Part shown: positions 29,748 to 41,238 of the stretch, one piece after another | Layout of the letters: every line of letters begins with the position of its first letter | How positions within the stretch are numbered: position 1 is the first letter of the stretch | Program-made: the position numbers and the translations under genes | The notes under the pieces: model-generated | Seen by the model: the letters and a program-made list of their open reading frames with translations, nothing else | Database searches by the model: none | Told to the model about the DNA's origin: nothing | Source: Candidatus Latescibacterota bacterium | GTDB lineage: Bacteria; Latescibacterota; UBA2968 | Direction of reading: 5' to 3' | Length of the DNA stretch: 64,000 nucleotides | Assembly (NCBI GenBank): GCA_965198115.1 | Contig: OZ240241.1 | Location: 2,432,001 to 2,496,000 of the forward strand

Positions 29748-32700
29748 CTATTTCGCGGAGTCCGGGTTCGCCACCGATGTCCAGGCCTCCGCAGGCCAGG
29801 GTTCCGGCAGCGGCTTGCGCGGCAACATTTCTCCGCGGTTGGCCGTGTGATACACGAACGACGCGACGATCGCCGAAGCTTGCATCAAATCGCCGGGCTG
29901 GATTCGGTCGTATACATCCATGTTCGAGTGGTGTGTACGCGACCGGTATTCGACCGGATCCTGAATGAACTGGAACCCCGGGATTCCGAGCGCATCGAAC
30001 GGTAGATGATCCGTGCCTCCCGTGCTGCGGATCGTGATCGTCTTCGCACCCAGATCGTTGAACGGTGCAAGCCACGTATTGAAGATAGGCCGCGCCATGT
30101 CGTTTCCCTGGAGATACACACCATGGATCTTGCCGGTACCGTTGTCCAAATTATAGGCTATATTCGGATCTCTCAACGAGATGAAGTGGGTGAAGGTGCC
30201 GTGGTTCCTGGCATGGGGGCGCGGTTAGAGTGTGCGGAACCTCTTCGGAATCTGCTCAGGGATGTTTATGTCTCCGACGGTAAGGAAGATCATATCGTTG
30301 AATGCGTCGAGTGTGCGGAATCCGCTGGCTCGGTTCTTGACGATTTGGACGATTCGGTTGAGGCCTTTGGCGATGGCGTTGGTAAGACGCGTGTTCACGA
30401 ATGCGAGGACGCCGAAGAAGTGCTGTCGCAGGGTCCTGACGAACTTTCGCAGGGGTTCAAGTCGACTTCTGAGTGCGGACGTCGTCCAGCATTTCAGGAA
30501 GCGTTCGGCAGCCCAGGGCGCTTTGTATTCCCAGAACTGCTCGAACTCGTCCTTGAGTCTCCAGGCTCTATAGATTCGGTAGTTCGCCTTCTCCAGTGCT
30601 TTGAGTGTCCGAGTATCCCCTCTGGAGCGTGTCGCTGAGTGCCGGTAGAGGAGCCATCGGAGGCCCTTCATGGCTTTGCGCTCATCCGGGGCAGCTTTAC
30701 GCCACTGGTCCTTACGGACCTCGTCAACGGCGGCATTGAGAGCCTTGACGATGTGAAAGCGATCGAGGACCAGCTTGGCATTCGGACAGTGTTCCTGGAT
30801 GGCTCCGATGTAAGCTTCGCTCATGTCGCAGCAGGCCCCACTCGATCTTGGATCTCCGGTAGGGACTGAGAGCCTCTGTGAAGAACCGATCGATCGTTTT
30901 ACGCGCCCTGCCGCGGCCAACCCACACCACGCAGGAGCGGTCCAGATCGTAAACGAGCGTGGCGTACCTGTGACGCTTGGCGTAGGAGATCTCGTCGATC
31001 CCGATGGTTTTGAGCCCTCGGATACGATGACCTTCACGAAGCCGCGTGATGGATCGGTGAAGGAGATCCGACAGCGTCGAGGCAGAGATGCGCAGTAACT
31101 CGGACGCCGCCTTCTGCGTCATGGTCTGGCAGTAGCGCAGCATGGCATACTCGAAGCGATACGTCACCCGAGAGAACCGCTCCGCCCACGGAATCTCCTC
31201 GACCACACGACCGTGGGTAGGACACCGAATCTCCCGAGGATGGTAGAGAAGCCAGACCCTCCACCCGCACACCGGAATGTCACGCCACCGACGCGGATGG
31301 GGCATTGTGCGGACGATTTTACCTCGACGGCCGCACTCCGGACAACAACAACCATTCTTATGTGGCTTTACGGCGATGACGAAACAGCTTCTCCCCTCAA
31401 ACCACCAGCTGACAACACGGAACCCCTTGAATCTCAGCAGTTTCGATAGTAATCTGCTCCCGGTCATAGGTCGCACCCCCTTCGCTTTGATTGTCCTACA
31501 CACACAACCAAGCGTAGGGAACGATCTATGACCTTGTCATTCTATAGTTTCACCGTTGAGAAACCCGGATAGAGCCAAATTATAGTAGGCCGAAACCTTC
31601 GTGTGTGCCGGTTCCAGCTCCATGGTCTGCGGGTTTCCGAAGTGTGTCTCGACATAGGCTTTGGAACCGAGAAGTCCCTGCTCCTCCCCCGTCCACAAGA
31701 CCATTCGTACAGTTCGGTCCATCTTCAAGTCCAGCGACTTCAAGATCCGCATCGTCTCCATCATCACAGCGCATCCGGAGGCGTTGTCGGTGGCACCTGT
31801 TCCGTAGACGACATCGTCAAAGTGTGCACCGATGATGACAAGTTCATCCGGCTTCTTTTCTCCGGGAATCTCCGCCACGATGTTGACAGGTTCGTGTTCC
31901 TGATGAAACTGCGCGCGCACCTCGACCTCGATGCGACACGGGATGTCGTGCTCCACAAGACGCGCCAGTCGGTTGTAGTGCTCCGTCGTCAGTGCGATGG
32001 ACGGGGGCGGATCCGCTGTCGTGTCGTGCCACCCGACACGCGGCGGGAACACGGTTCCCCCGTCGCCACGTCGCGCCGGATAGATCACGAGCCGCACGTC
32101 CTCGTCCACCAAGAACCGATTGAGCCCGAACAGAATCTCGTTCCGGTCGCGTCGCAACTTCTCGAACACGTAGCGTGGCGCGTGTGCAATGAACCGTCGA
32201 CGCTTGTCGGGATCCGTCGGAACCACCGGATCGGCATAGTCGATGTCGATCGGCTCGATCGGTTCAGGAGCCCTGGAGCGTTCGGACAACTGATCGTTGT
32301 TCAATCGTACGGAGGGCGCACGTTCCAGCTCCTTTAAATCGGGTGGATCGCGCAGCAACACGATCTGTCCGCGTAGCTTGCCGCGGTACTCCGCAATGAA
32401 CTCGTCGAGTGCTCGCTGGCGTTCTTTGAGGACGGCCGGCCATTCGAGCGGTGCGAGAATCGGTGATCCCGAAATGATGCCGTCAGATCCCGGTGTCCAC
32501 GCCAAGGGCACACCGATCAGTGATGCGTACTGGGGTTCGATCATATGCGCTGAGAAGTGACTCGTCGACCAGCCACGGCCAAAGGGCCCCCAGGGCTCCA
32601 GCTGCACGTTCTCGAGCCCCCACTTCTCGGCCGTGCGGACGACCCACTGCGCTCCCTCTTTTAGCCCAGGAGACCTCGTCAGCCGTGGACCGTAAACGTC

Positions 32701-32862
32701 GGTCATGTGGAACACGTGATCCATCACCTTCGACTTCTTAAATGCCTCCTGGCGGATCCGGTGAACCACGTTCAGATCGGGCGAATCTCCAGCACACAGG
32801 GCGGGAGCGCCGGCGAAGACCGAGCAAAACACGAGCAGCCCTGGGATGCAGAAAGGTCTCAT
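29748..32862 (-). pseudogene. M28-family secreted peptidase interrupted by ISL3
   Basis: GAHFD, GATDNASG, GEEQGL, YYNL|DNGTG across the IS, TDHLPF, THHSNMD. Confidence 0.9.
30156..31576 (-). mobile_element. ISL3-family IS copy 2, transposase frameshifted (+1 in C4 at 30836-30839)
   Basis: Near-identical to copy 1; exact 8-bp target duplication AAATTATA. Confidence 0.95.
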
Positions 32863-33008
32863 AGTGGTCCTCCGATAGAGGCCCGCGTCGCTCGCGACAC
32901 TCGTGGCAGACGGTTCGGGCGACGACTTGCGGATGTCGAGGTAGCGACCTGCCGCGGGCAAGGGTGTCCACGAACTCTCGAAGGGTGGCGGCTGGTGGAG
33001 AAGCTGCG

Positions 33009-33047
33009 CATCGCAGCCAAGATGCGATGGCGAGGAACGGCGGGCAA
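33009..33047 (-). promoter_or_regulatory. Dispersed promoter-like element (P) copy 4
   Basis: TTGCCC-N17-CATCTT-GGCTGCG-ATG. Confidence 0.55.
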
Positions 33048-33212
33048 GCAAAGGTGATGGAGGGGATTACTTCAATTGAAAAATTTCAAGCTCAAAACAT
33101 GGATCGAGCTCGGGTGCAGCTGAGGGGGGATCTCTCACCGTGTTTGTGGAGCTGACAATACGGTTCGAGATGACAGGGTGGGGCGTGCTTCTGGCGTAGA
33201 ATAGAATCCGAC

Positions 33213-34475
33213 TTAACCGTTTGGCCGATCCAGTGGAACGCGGATGTGGGCGTTGGCGTGGGCAAGGCCGTCTACGTTTTTCTCCAATTCGCGGTAACCC
33301 AAATTGTCCTGCAAACCAGCTGCCTTTGAGCGGTCGAGCACGGGCTGCTGCAGCGTATCCCGTTCTTCGGGGCAGACGTGGCGAAGCAGCGGCTGCAGGT
33401 CGGCCGGCAGGGCAAGATATTCCGCGTGCGAAAGCGGTCGGCAGATCGTGTTGAGATTGACCGTTTCGCCTGGGGCGAAGTCATCGACCGACACCCACCA
33501 GGGACACCACCGGTTGACCACGGCGATGCGGGGCCGGCCGCTGGGGTTGTGCATGGCAGACGCGTGCCAGCTCCGGGAATCCTGGATGTAAACCGACCCC
33601 GCCGGTGCCGTGACTTGCATGTCTCCGGGAATCGGCGCCGTCACCATCATCCCGTCGGCCGGTCCACGCGGATTACGTGGGTCCTTGTGCGATCCGGGCA
33701 CCACCCACGTGCCTCCCGAGTCTTCATCCACATCCGTCATATACCAGATCATCACCAGGCACAACGTCACGTCCGGGAAGGGCTGACGAACGCAACCGAC
33801 GTTCCCGCTGGGATCGTCCATCGCGTAGGCGGACAGGTCGTGGGGCCAGTCGGTGTGCCATTCCCGCGTATCCGCTCGCCCCCGGTATTGGACCCTCCCG
33901 AAGCCGCCAGGCGTGCCATCTGGCGAGTCGGCCGCGATCATCCGCGGATGCAGCTGCGCGATTCGCAAATGGTCGTCGAGGACGCGGCGCGCCACGGCAG
34001 TGACGACCGGATTAGCCAGATGCCGAGCGTATTGCGGCATCCAAATGATGTCGCAGGGTGGTTTCGGCGCGTGTCCGGCTCGGCGAACGGGTCTCAGCTC
34101 CAGCCCGTTGGCCGCAACCTCATCCAGCAATGCTTGGCCGGCCAATCCCTTCTTATCGGACAAGTCCCTGATCGCCTGGATGTTGCGTGCGGCTGTCGCG
34201 TGCGCCGCGACCATCTCTTCACGGATGGTGTCCACTTCGTCCGCGGGAATGACGTTGTCGATCACACAGAACCCGTATCGATCGATCGAATCGGCGCATC
34301 CCACCACGGTATCTTCAATCGGATCTGCTGTCGCGCTGAATGCGTAGGCCCGTGTGCGCTTGAGCTCGGCCGTGACCGCTTCGGGGTCGTGGGTCGCTCG
34401 ATAGAGCTGGTCGCGAGTCTCCTGCAGCTCTTGCTCAAGACGTGTGGCTTTCGCGTGTAATTCGTCGATGTTCAT
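33213..34475 (-). CDS. PhyH-family dioxygenase
   Basis: YGFCVIDNVI, WHTD, GGTWVVPGSH, SWHAS. Confidence 0.88.
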   Translation of the reverse strand: MNIDELHAKATRLEQELQETRDQLYRATHDPEAVTAELKRTRAYAFSATADPIEDTVVGCADSIDRYGFCVIDNVIPADEVDTIREEMVAAHATAARNIQAIRDLSDKKGLAGQALLDEVAANGLELRPVRRAGHAPKPPCDIIWMPQYARHLANPVVTAVARRVLDDHLRIAQLHPRMIAADSPDGTPGGFGRVQYRGRADTREWHTDWPHDLSAYAMDDPSGNVGCVRQPFPDVTLCLVMIWYMTDVDEDSGGTWVVPGSHKDPRNPRGPADGMMVTAPIPGDMQVTAPAGSVYIQDSRSWHASAMHNPSGRPRIAVVNRWCPWWVSVDDFAPGETVNLNTICRPLSHAEYLALPADLQPLLRHVCPEERDTLQQPVLDRSKAAGLQDNLGYRELEKNVDGLAHANAHIRVPLDRPNG

Positions 34476-34624
34476 TGAGACCTCAGAGTAGCCCGCCACG
34501 GCTGCTAGCGGTAGAGGATCTGGGCCGGATGGACAGGGGGGCGTGGGGCGAGCCCTTCGATACGCGACCTGGGGTCGCTACTCGGGAAGGGCAATCGTGG
34601 CAATGACCTTCATCGACCACTCCA

Positions 34625-36091
34625 TCACTCCAACCAGAACGAGTACAACCGCGCCTGTCGCAAGTAAAACTTGAGGCGCACGGGCTTGTCGAAAACCAGG
34701 CGGTGCGGATGCTTCCACGTCAGTTTTGCCTTCGTGCTGTCGCCAGTGAACGGCGCTGGCCTTTCGGACGGTACCCAGAAACCGTCGTGCGGCTTCCGCG
34801 TTTCGCCATCCACGATCTCGGCGTAGATCTCGCCCCAAGTGGCATCGGCGTTGATGTATATGTCCTCGCCCTTGAGCTCGAAAGGCTTGGTGAGAATCGT
34901 GCCGCACTCGCCGCCATCGATCGACACGAAGCCGTCAGGACGCAGCTTGGCGAGGGATAGCGCTCCGCTGTCTTCGAAATGCTCCGGATCGACGTTGAGC
35001 CGAAACAGTTCCTGGCATCGGTTGAACTCTTTGTAAAGCTCGATGCTTCCGGGTAGTCGGAAGGCATTGTAGTAGCACCAAATCTCGCCATCGTCCCGCA
35101 CGATCGGATGACCCGCCATCAACAGTTGGCTGCATCCGTAGTTTTCACCGTCGAACGGCTCCAGACCGATGAACAGCGCGCGATCGGCCACGCGCTCCCA
35201 GTGCAAGAGATCTCGGGAAACGGTCATCTCGATCTGGTTGATACGCGTGAAGTTCGTGGCGGGCGGTGGAACGGCGCCGAACGGATTGAAGATGGTGGGG
35301 AAACCGATGTAGAACCCCTGATAAGGCAGCACCGCCATATTGTAACATTCCGCGATGTAATCCTCCTCGTCGACGATGGGCGGTGTGATGTAGGCCGGAT
35401 TGTCGATCACCTCGCGCACCCGGCGACGGCGATTTTCGCGGTCTTGCTCGTCCGTATGAAAAATCAGCTTTGGCTCGGTGAATTCGTTGAAATCGGTGCT
35501 CGTCGAAAGCCATACCGACCGCCCCCATTCGGTTGGCTGTTTGACCGTGGCAAGAAACTGATTGGATTGGTGATCGTGCGTGAACTGGGATTCGTCCTGG
35601 CTCAGGATCGGCGGCGTGTCGATCATCGTCCAATGGAATCCATCGGGTGACACGGCCGGGTAGCGATTGCTCGCGCTCAGCAATCCTTTGTAGCGCCGAC
35701 TCGGATCGAGATCCGTTTCATCGCGCACACAATGGTAGAGCCGTCCCGGGCGCTTCTCATTCGGATCGAAGGCCGCCTGCCCCGCAGGATCGTAAGCAAT
35801 GTTGTTTGCTTTCGACCCGTTCCATTCGAACAGACCCAGGTTCGGCTGTTCCCTCTGTTCGCCATCTTCGGAGGTCGCGTAATAGACATTCTCTCCGAAA
35901 TACCACCACTCCCACAGATTCTTCTCCGGATTCCACTGCGGGCACGTCCTGCTCTGAATGCCGCCGGTGATGACCGGACCCCATTTCTTGGGGGAATGCA
36001 GCGTTCGGCTGGTACGCGTGGCCGTCTCTATCGCGAAGTCGTCCACGAACAGTTGACGGTGAGTTTTGGGGTCGATCAGTTCAAGACTCAT
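34625..36091 (-). CDS. Hypothetical glycoside-hydrolase-like beta-propeller protein
   Basis: RQLFVDD, ATSEDG, SPDGFHW, SRDLLHWER, LRPDGFVS. Confidence 0.75.
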   Translation of the reverse strand: MSLELIDPKTHRQLFVDDFAIETATRTSRTLHSPKKWGPVITGGIQSRTCPQWNPEKNLWEWWYFGENVYYATSEDGEQREQPNLGLFEWNGSKANNIAYDPAGQAAFDPNEKRPGRLYHCVRDETDLDPSRRYKGLLSASNRYPAVSPDGFHWTMIDTPPILSQDESQFTHDHQSNQFLATVKQPTEWGRSVWLSTSTDFNEFTEPKLIFHTDEQDRENRRRRVREVIDNPAYITPPIVDEEDYIAECYNMAVLPYQGFYIGFPTIFNPFGAVPPPATNFTRINQIEMTVSRDLLHWERVADRALFIGLEPFDGENYGCSQLLMAGHPIVRDDGEIWCYYNAFRLPGSIELYKEFNRCQELFRLNVDPEHFEDSGALSLAKLRPDGFVSIDGGECGTILTKPFELKGEDIYINADATWGEIYAEIVDGETRKPHDGFWVPSERPAPFTGDSTKAKLTWKHPHRLVFDKPVRLKFYLRQARLYSFWLE

Positions 36092-36151
36092 TTGCGATTC
36101 CATCTCAGGGGAAGAGTCCCACAGTAAACGACGCACATTAGGTCGGCGCCT

Positions 36152-36632
36152 TTATGCATCGATGCACCGCTCTTCGCGATCGGTTCTCCGACTGTAGCCG
36201 GGCGTGGAAGATGGTAGCGCGTAATGACTTGGACGTAATGGCTTCGCGCTATGGGTCTTCCCGACTCGGAGAGTCGGTCCTACGCAATCTTGCGCAAAAA
36301 GGCACGCTTGGCCACCGGTTTTCCAGCCGTATTCCGACGGAATCGTGATCGTAAACCATCCCGTACCGTCGAAGCGATTGATGCCTCTTACCTCACCGCC
36401 TGAAGTTCCGCTCTGGCCGCCTGTCACCAGACACACCCACAGTGTTCCGTCCCTGCGTTGTTTCATACCACCGGGACCCCACCGACCAATACCCACCAAC
36501 CCATCCTCCGTCGAGTAGGTCGTCCAGCGCCACGTCTCTGTCATCGGATCGGGCGTTGTCACGGTCAGGGTGTCGACAGCCAGAAGCGCCGATGACACTG
36601 ACAGTAGAGTGAGAAGGGAGAGGGAGAGGCAT
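36152..36632 (-). pseudogene. Truncated two-component-regulator-propeller-like protein fragment
   Basis: LLAVDTLTVTTPDPMTETWRWTTYSTEDGL...DGTLW...RFDGTGW. No clean in-frame start for the hydrophobic leader; similarity ends near the REP at 36256. Confidence 0.6.
36256..36285. repeat. GTAG-type REP hairpin
   Basis: Identical to 5137-5166. Confidence 0.75.
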
Positions 36633-36715
36633 TGGATTAGGAAATTATGGAATTAGGAAATTCAGAAAATGGGGCAATCGTCTTAAGGACCGTATCCAAG
36701 GCCCCAGTAACTACG

Positions 36716-36755
36716 CATCGCGACCAAGATAAGGAAGGCGAGGAATGGCGAGCAA
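36716..36755 (-). promoter_or_regulatory. Dispersed promoter-like element (P) copy 5
   Basis: TTGCTC-N18-TATCTT-GGTCGCG-ATG. Confidence 0.55.
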
Positions 36756-36912
36756 GACCCTCCTCCGCTCTGCAGGACACGAGATTCGACTGGGATGGCA
36801 GGTATAGGGAGGGGATAACCAAGACAGTAAAGCCCCGCCGATCCGTTGATCAGCGGGGCTCTCTGGACAAACAGGGTCTGCCCAAAACAGTCTACAACGA
36901 CGCAGAGAACTG

Positions 36913-37125
36913 TCAGTCGTGTGAATCCGCCTCTTCCTGCATCCAGCGCTTGTGATCGGGCCAACTCCCTCCAGTGGGATGCTTGGCGACGACCCTGTGA
37001 ACGTGGTGATGAACGTGCGTGGCGCGCTCGAAGAGGTCTTCGAACGACGGGCCTCGAGTCGCCCGCCAGAACATAACCGCAATCACCACGAACATCACAT
37101 ACAGAAACATTCCTAATTCGATCAT
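36913..37125 (-). CDS. Small membrane protein with His-rich patch
   Basis: AGGAG upstream; N-terminal TM; THVHHHVH. Confidence 0.45.
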   Translation of the reverse strand: MIELGMFLYVMFVVIAVMFWRATRGPSFEDLFERATHVHHHVHRVVAKHPTGGSWPDHKRWMQEEADSHD

Positions 37126-37375
37126 AACCCACGGCTCCTGTCCGATGTCTGAAGTAAAACTACCACCAAATCCAATAAAAGTGAAATCACTTACCTGTGC
37201 GTCCTTTCATACTTACTCAAACAGTCGCCCTCATTCGTTTCAACATATCCCTGCGCCCCGCCATCGAAGTCTTCACCAGTAAAGCTTGCGGGGTTTCTTC
37301 ACCCTTCTCACTCTGAAATCGATTCAGCCAGCTCTCGCCGTGGTTCTCAAAGTTCCCACAGACAGATAGACGGAA

Positions 37376-37789
37376 TCAGAAATCCACGGACCGCACGGCG
37401 ACCCACGCTCCGTCGCGAAACTCCACGAAATCCCGTGCGAATTTTTCCTTAGGCCCAAGGTAGATGAACGTCATACTCATCTCCCCGTCGACGGCCTGGA
37501 ATCCGTGAGGCACGCCTTGCGGCACGAACACGTAGGTTCCTTTGGGGGCCGGCTCGGTCGTGACTTTTCCGTCGGGATCGCCCCAGTGGAATTCGGAAGC
37601 ACCCCGCGTAATGATGATGACCTCGTGGCACGTGGGATGCACGTGCGTGGCGATACCGGTCCCCTCGGGGAAATCCGCGTCTCCGAGATAGATATCCTCC
37701 GTCAGCATATCGCGGACGGCGATCTCTCCCTCGAGAATCTTCGGTTCCACGTTGGATGCGTGGACGGTGTAGGGTTGGGTTCTGGGCAT
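37376..37789 (-). CDS. Cupin domain protein
   Basis: HVHPTCHE, VPQGVPHG; GGAG RBS. Confidence 0.85.
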   Translation of the reverse strand: MPRTQPYTVHASNVEPKILEGEIAVRDMLTEDIYLGDADFPEGTGIATHVHPTCHEVIIITRGASEFHWGDPDGKVTTEPAPKGTYVFVPQGVPHGFQAVDGEMSMTFIYLGPKEKFARDFVEFRDGAWVAVRSVDF

Positions 37790-37897
37790 CGTGTTTCTCC
37801 AGGTTCGGTTCAGAACGAACGGTTCAGCTTCGGCCGCAAAGACGCTCTTCATCCGCGCCGTTTACTGATGTGTTTGGTTTGTTGTGATCTTCGTGTT

Positions 37898-37937
37898 GAT
37901 CGCGACCAAGATACGGTGACCGGCGAACCGCGGGCAA
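37898..37937 (-). promoter_or_regulatory. Dispersed promoter-like element (P) copy 6
   Basis: TTGCCC-N18-TATCTT-GGTCGCG-ATC. Confidence 0.5.
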
Positions 37938-38068
37938 GCCCGGCTGGTGAGGGGATCACCGCAGCAGGCAAGCCGGTCGGTTTGACACTGCAAGTTCAGA
38001 CAATATTCTGCCAGCACGTCCGACAAACCGCACGCTCTTCTGGATGCTTCATTGACTAGAAGGTAACC

Positions 38069-38445
38069 GTGGGCCCTTCACTCATCATTAGACGCATCCA
38101 TCTCTACGTGGCGCTGTTCCTCGTGCCGCGGATGTTGATGTATGCCCTCAGCACGCTCACGATGAATCACCGTGGTGGTTCAAGCAATACTACGGCGGCC
38201 ACGTCGTAGAATGGGAGCCCGCGATCGAGGAACGATTCGGGTTCGAGAACACCGAATCCACATCACGTCAAGAAGTCGCAGACGCCATCCTGTCCCATTT
38301 GGGGATCGAACGCGCACACAATGTCAGGGGGAGACTGGATCGACGGATCACGATCACGCGAGATGATCCCTGGGACACACGGCGGATCTCCTACACGCCT
38401 GCGGACAGTATGCTCCGCTTCGCACACAAATTCCGGCCAATCTGA
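38069..38445 (+). pseudogene. Degraded PepSY-associated TM-like gene
   Basis: MGPSLIIRRIHLYVALFLVP...LTMNH followed by broken frames. Confidence 0.5.
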
Positions 38446-39579
38446 TCAGGTCCCCTCGGGTTCCAGCCCCAGGAAGAACTGTCCCGCTGTTTCATAATGA
38501 GCCATCCGCCCCTGAATCTGCTGTGTGATGGCGTGTACATCCTGGAACCGGCGCTGAATCGGATTGTTCTCGAAAATGGCGTGTGACCCGCACAGGTTGT
38601 AAGCGATATCCACTGCCTCGGCCGCCATTCGGATGGCATTGGAACTGGCCAGCCGCAGCCGGATCCGCTCCTCGAGAGTCAACGCGCCCGTCGTGCACGC
38701 CCCCTCCCACGCGGCCGTCGCCTTGTCGAACAGAAAGGCCCGCGCCGACCCCCAGATCGCCTCGGCCTTGCCCACTTGCTGCTGAACGACGGGGTTGTCC
38801 CGCAAGAGAACCGTGTCCCGGCGCGGCGTCTTGCCCCCCGCAAGTTCGATAGCTGCATCCAGACCCGCGCGGGCAACGCCCAACGCCACGCAGGCGAATC
38901 CCGACGAGAAGAAAAGCGATGTCGGAAAGACGTAGAGCGGACCCTCTTCCCGAGACGGACCACCCTGATCGAACGTCCGATGGCCCGGGACGAACAGGTC
39001 TTCCACCTCGAATCCGAAACTGCCCGTTCCGCGCAGACCGGTGACCTGCCACACATCCACGAGAGTCACCTCTGACTTCGGAACCATACACATCAGCGGC
39101 TTGCCCGTGCCTTTGACCGGGGCGAGGCCACCCATCCAGTTTGCGTGGTGGCAGCCGCTGCTGAAAACCCAACGTCCGGTCAGCCGATACCCGCCGTCTA
39201 CGGGTCGTGCCTCCGCCTCGGTTGGAGGACCGTTTGCGACGACCGACCGTGGGTCGCTGAAGATTTCCTGTGCGAGGGGCTCGGGCATCACCGAGGATCG
39301 ACTCGCGAATCCGTTCCCCTGGTTGACACACCACGCGGTGCTCCCGTCCGCCTCGCCGATTGCTTCGATGATGCCCAGGTATTCCAGCCAATCCATCTCG
39401 GCCCCACCCAGAGAGCGCGGCACGAGCAGGCGGAGGAATCCGCCGTCGATGATTTCGTCGGCCAGCTCCGTCGGCAGCTTCCGATCACGATCAATACGGT
39501 CGGCCGCGGCAACGACACGCGGAAGGAGGTCGTGAACACGCGTGAGGTAAGATTCGTCCGGATTCATCTCAGTGACCAT
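38446..39579 (-). CDS. Acyl-CoA dehydrogenase-fold flavin monooxygenase (HsaA/C2 type)
   Basis: DGSTAWC, GRWVFSSGCHHA, WQVTGLRGTGS, IQRRFQDVH. Confidence 0.9.
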   Translation of the reverse strand: MVTEMNPDESYLTRVHDLLPRVVAAADRIDRDRKLPTELADEIIDGGFLRLLVPRSLGGAEMDWLEYLGIIEAIGEADGSTAWCVNQGNGFASRSSVMPEPLAQEIFSDPRSVVANGPPTEAEARPVDGGYRLTGRWVFSSGCHHANWMGGLAPVKGTGKPLMCMVPKSEVTLVDVWQVTGLRGTGSFGFEVEDLFVPGHRTFDQGGPSREEGPLYVFPTSLFFSSGFACVALGVARAGLDAAIELAGGKTPRRDTVLLRDNPVVQQQVGKAEAIWGSARAFLFDKATAAWEGACTTGALTLEERIRLRLASSNAIRMAAEAVDIAYNLCGSHAIFENNPIQRRFQDVHAITQQIQGRMAHYETAGQFFLGLEPEGT

Positions 39580-39628
39580 AGCAGTCCTTTGCCAGCGTAA
39601 CCCGACGCCCACATCCGAACCCATTCCT

Positions 39629-40897
39629 CTACGGAGCCGCAGCTTCTCCACGGTACGGAGCCTTTGCCAGCAGAAAAGCAACGATCGAGACGATGAGCAT
39701 TCCGACCGTGATGCTGAACATCAGATTGTAGCCGCCGGTAGAGTCGAAAATCATCCCCGCCATAATCGGACCCGCAATGACCGGAATGATGATCGCCGTT
39801 TGGGTCAAACCCATAATGCTACCGAATTGCCTCAGACCAAACATATCCGTGATCACCAGAGGTGTCAGAGCGCCAACACCACCCATACCCAGACCGAAAA
39901 CACCGATCCCGGCCCAGGTGACGGCCTGATCGCCTGAAATGATCATGATCGTGAGTCCAACCCCTTAGAGGATCAGTATCACCACGTAGGCCAGGCGTGC
40001 GGTGATCGTCTCGCTGAGACGACCGAAGATCAGCTTGCTAGTCATCGCGAAGAACGCGAGCAGCATCATCGCCCCGGAGGCCGCTGCAAGACTGAACCCG
40101 ATCTGCTGGAGATGAGGCACCATCTGGCTCACGACGCCGGTTCTCACGAACTGCTGCAGCGTCATACCCACCACCAGAAACCAGAACGTCGACGTTCGCA
40201 ACGCTTCTGACAGGACGAGGCCCTCGCTCGTCTTCAACTGCTGTCGCGAGTCGGATTCACTCGGTGCCCACCGCTTGCCTTGTTCTTTCAGGACATCCGC
40301 GTCCCTGTCTCGTATGACCAGAATCGACAGGACGACGAACCCCAACAGACCCGAAGCCAACACGACAAAGGTCCAGCGCCAACCCACCGTCGTGATCAAC
40401 GCAGCGACGATGGGAATGGCGAGCATGCTGCCAAAGTTGTTCCCTGCAGTCACCAACCCCATCATCCGACCACGAATCCGAGGAAACCACGTATTCACGA
40501 GGCGGCCCGCCGGCATCATCGTCGCCCCCGGTGTACCCGCGAACATCACGGCGCTATAGAGATAGAATTGCCAGAGTTCCGTCATCGACGCGCGAAGCAG
40601 GAACGCGATCGCAACGATTGCGATCGAGCCCGCCATCGTCCACCGGGCGCCAATCCGATCCATCAGATTTCCGACGAACGGAGACAGAAGCCCTGAGACC
40701 ACGCCGAACGTCAACGCCCCGTTGACCTCCGTGCGGGACCATCCAAACTCCTCTTCGAGAGGAAGGATGAACAGACTGAACGCAAATTGCGCGGTTCCCA
40801 GTACCGCCCCAATGGAAAGGGCTGATACACCAGCGATGTACCAGCCTCTGTAGATGCCCTTGGTGATGGGTGGGGGTTGCTCAGCGGTTCGAGATAT
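39629..40897 (-). pseudogene. MFS transporter with in-frame TAA and no canonical start
   Basis: The frame is open upstream (IYRGWYIAG...FGWSRTE) to ATA after GGAG. TAA at 39965-39967, then the same frame continues. Confidence 0.8.
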
Positions 40898-41182
40898 TGT
40901 GATGGCTCCGCGTGTACGCAGTAATACGATCGTTTCGATCGGAAAGGCATCACGATTAAGATAGGGATCCGCCTTCGTTCGAAAAAGCCTGAGCTTCCAC
41001 CTCCGCTGAAGCTACGGTGGGCGGGGCGAGGAATCGCCGGCAGTGTTCCCCACATCCCAATGACTATGCATTGACGACTTTTGTTCAACGCATCCGTGTC
41101 GTGGAAGGATTCGTTCACCTTCCTATTGCGAGGCTACAGCATCCAGCAAGGCTCCTGCCGCACGGCGCTTGCAGTGGCGAAC

Positions 41183-41211
41183 TTGAGAGGCAAGGGAGTG
41201 TGTGCTATCTT
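41183..41211 (+). promoter_or_regulatory. Putative sigma70 promoter
   Basis: TTGAGA-N17-TATCTT with extended TG, upstream of AGGAG and ATG at 41239. Confidence 0.5.
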
Positions 41212-41238
41212 CTACACAATGCGTTATAGGAGTTTACG

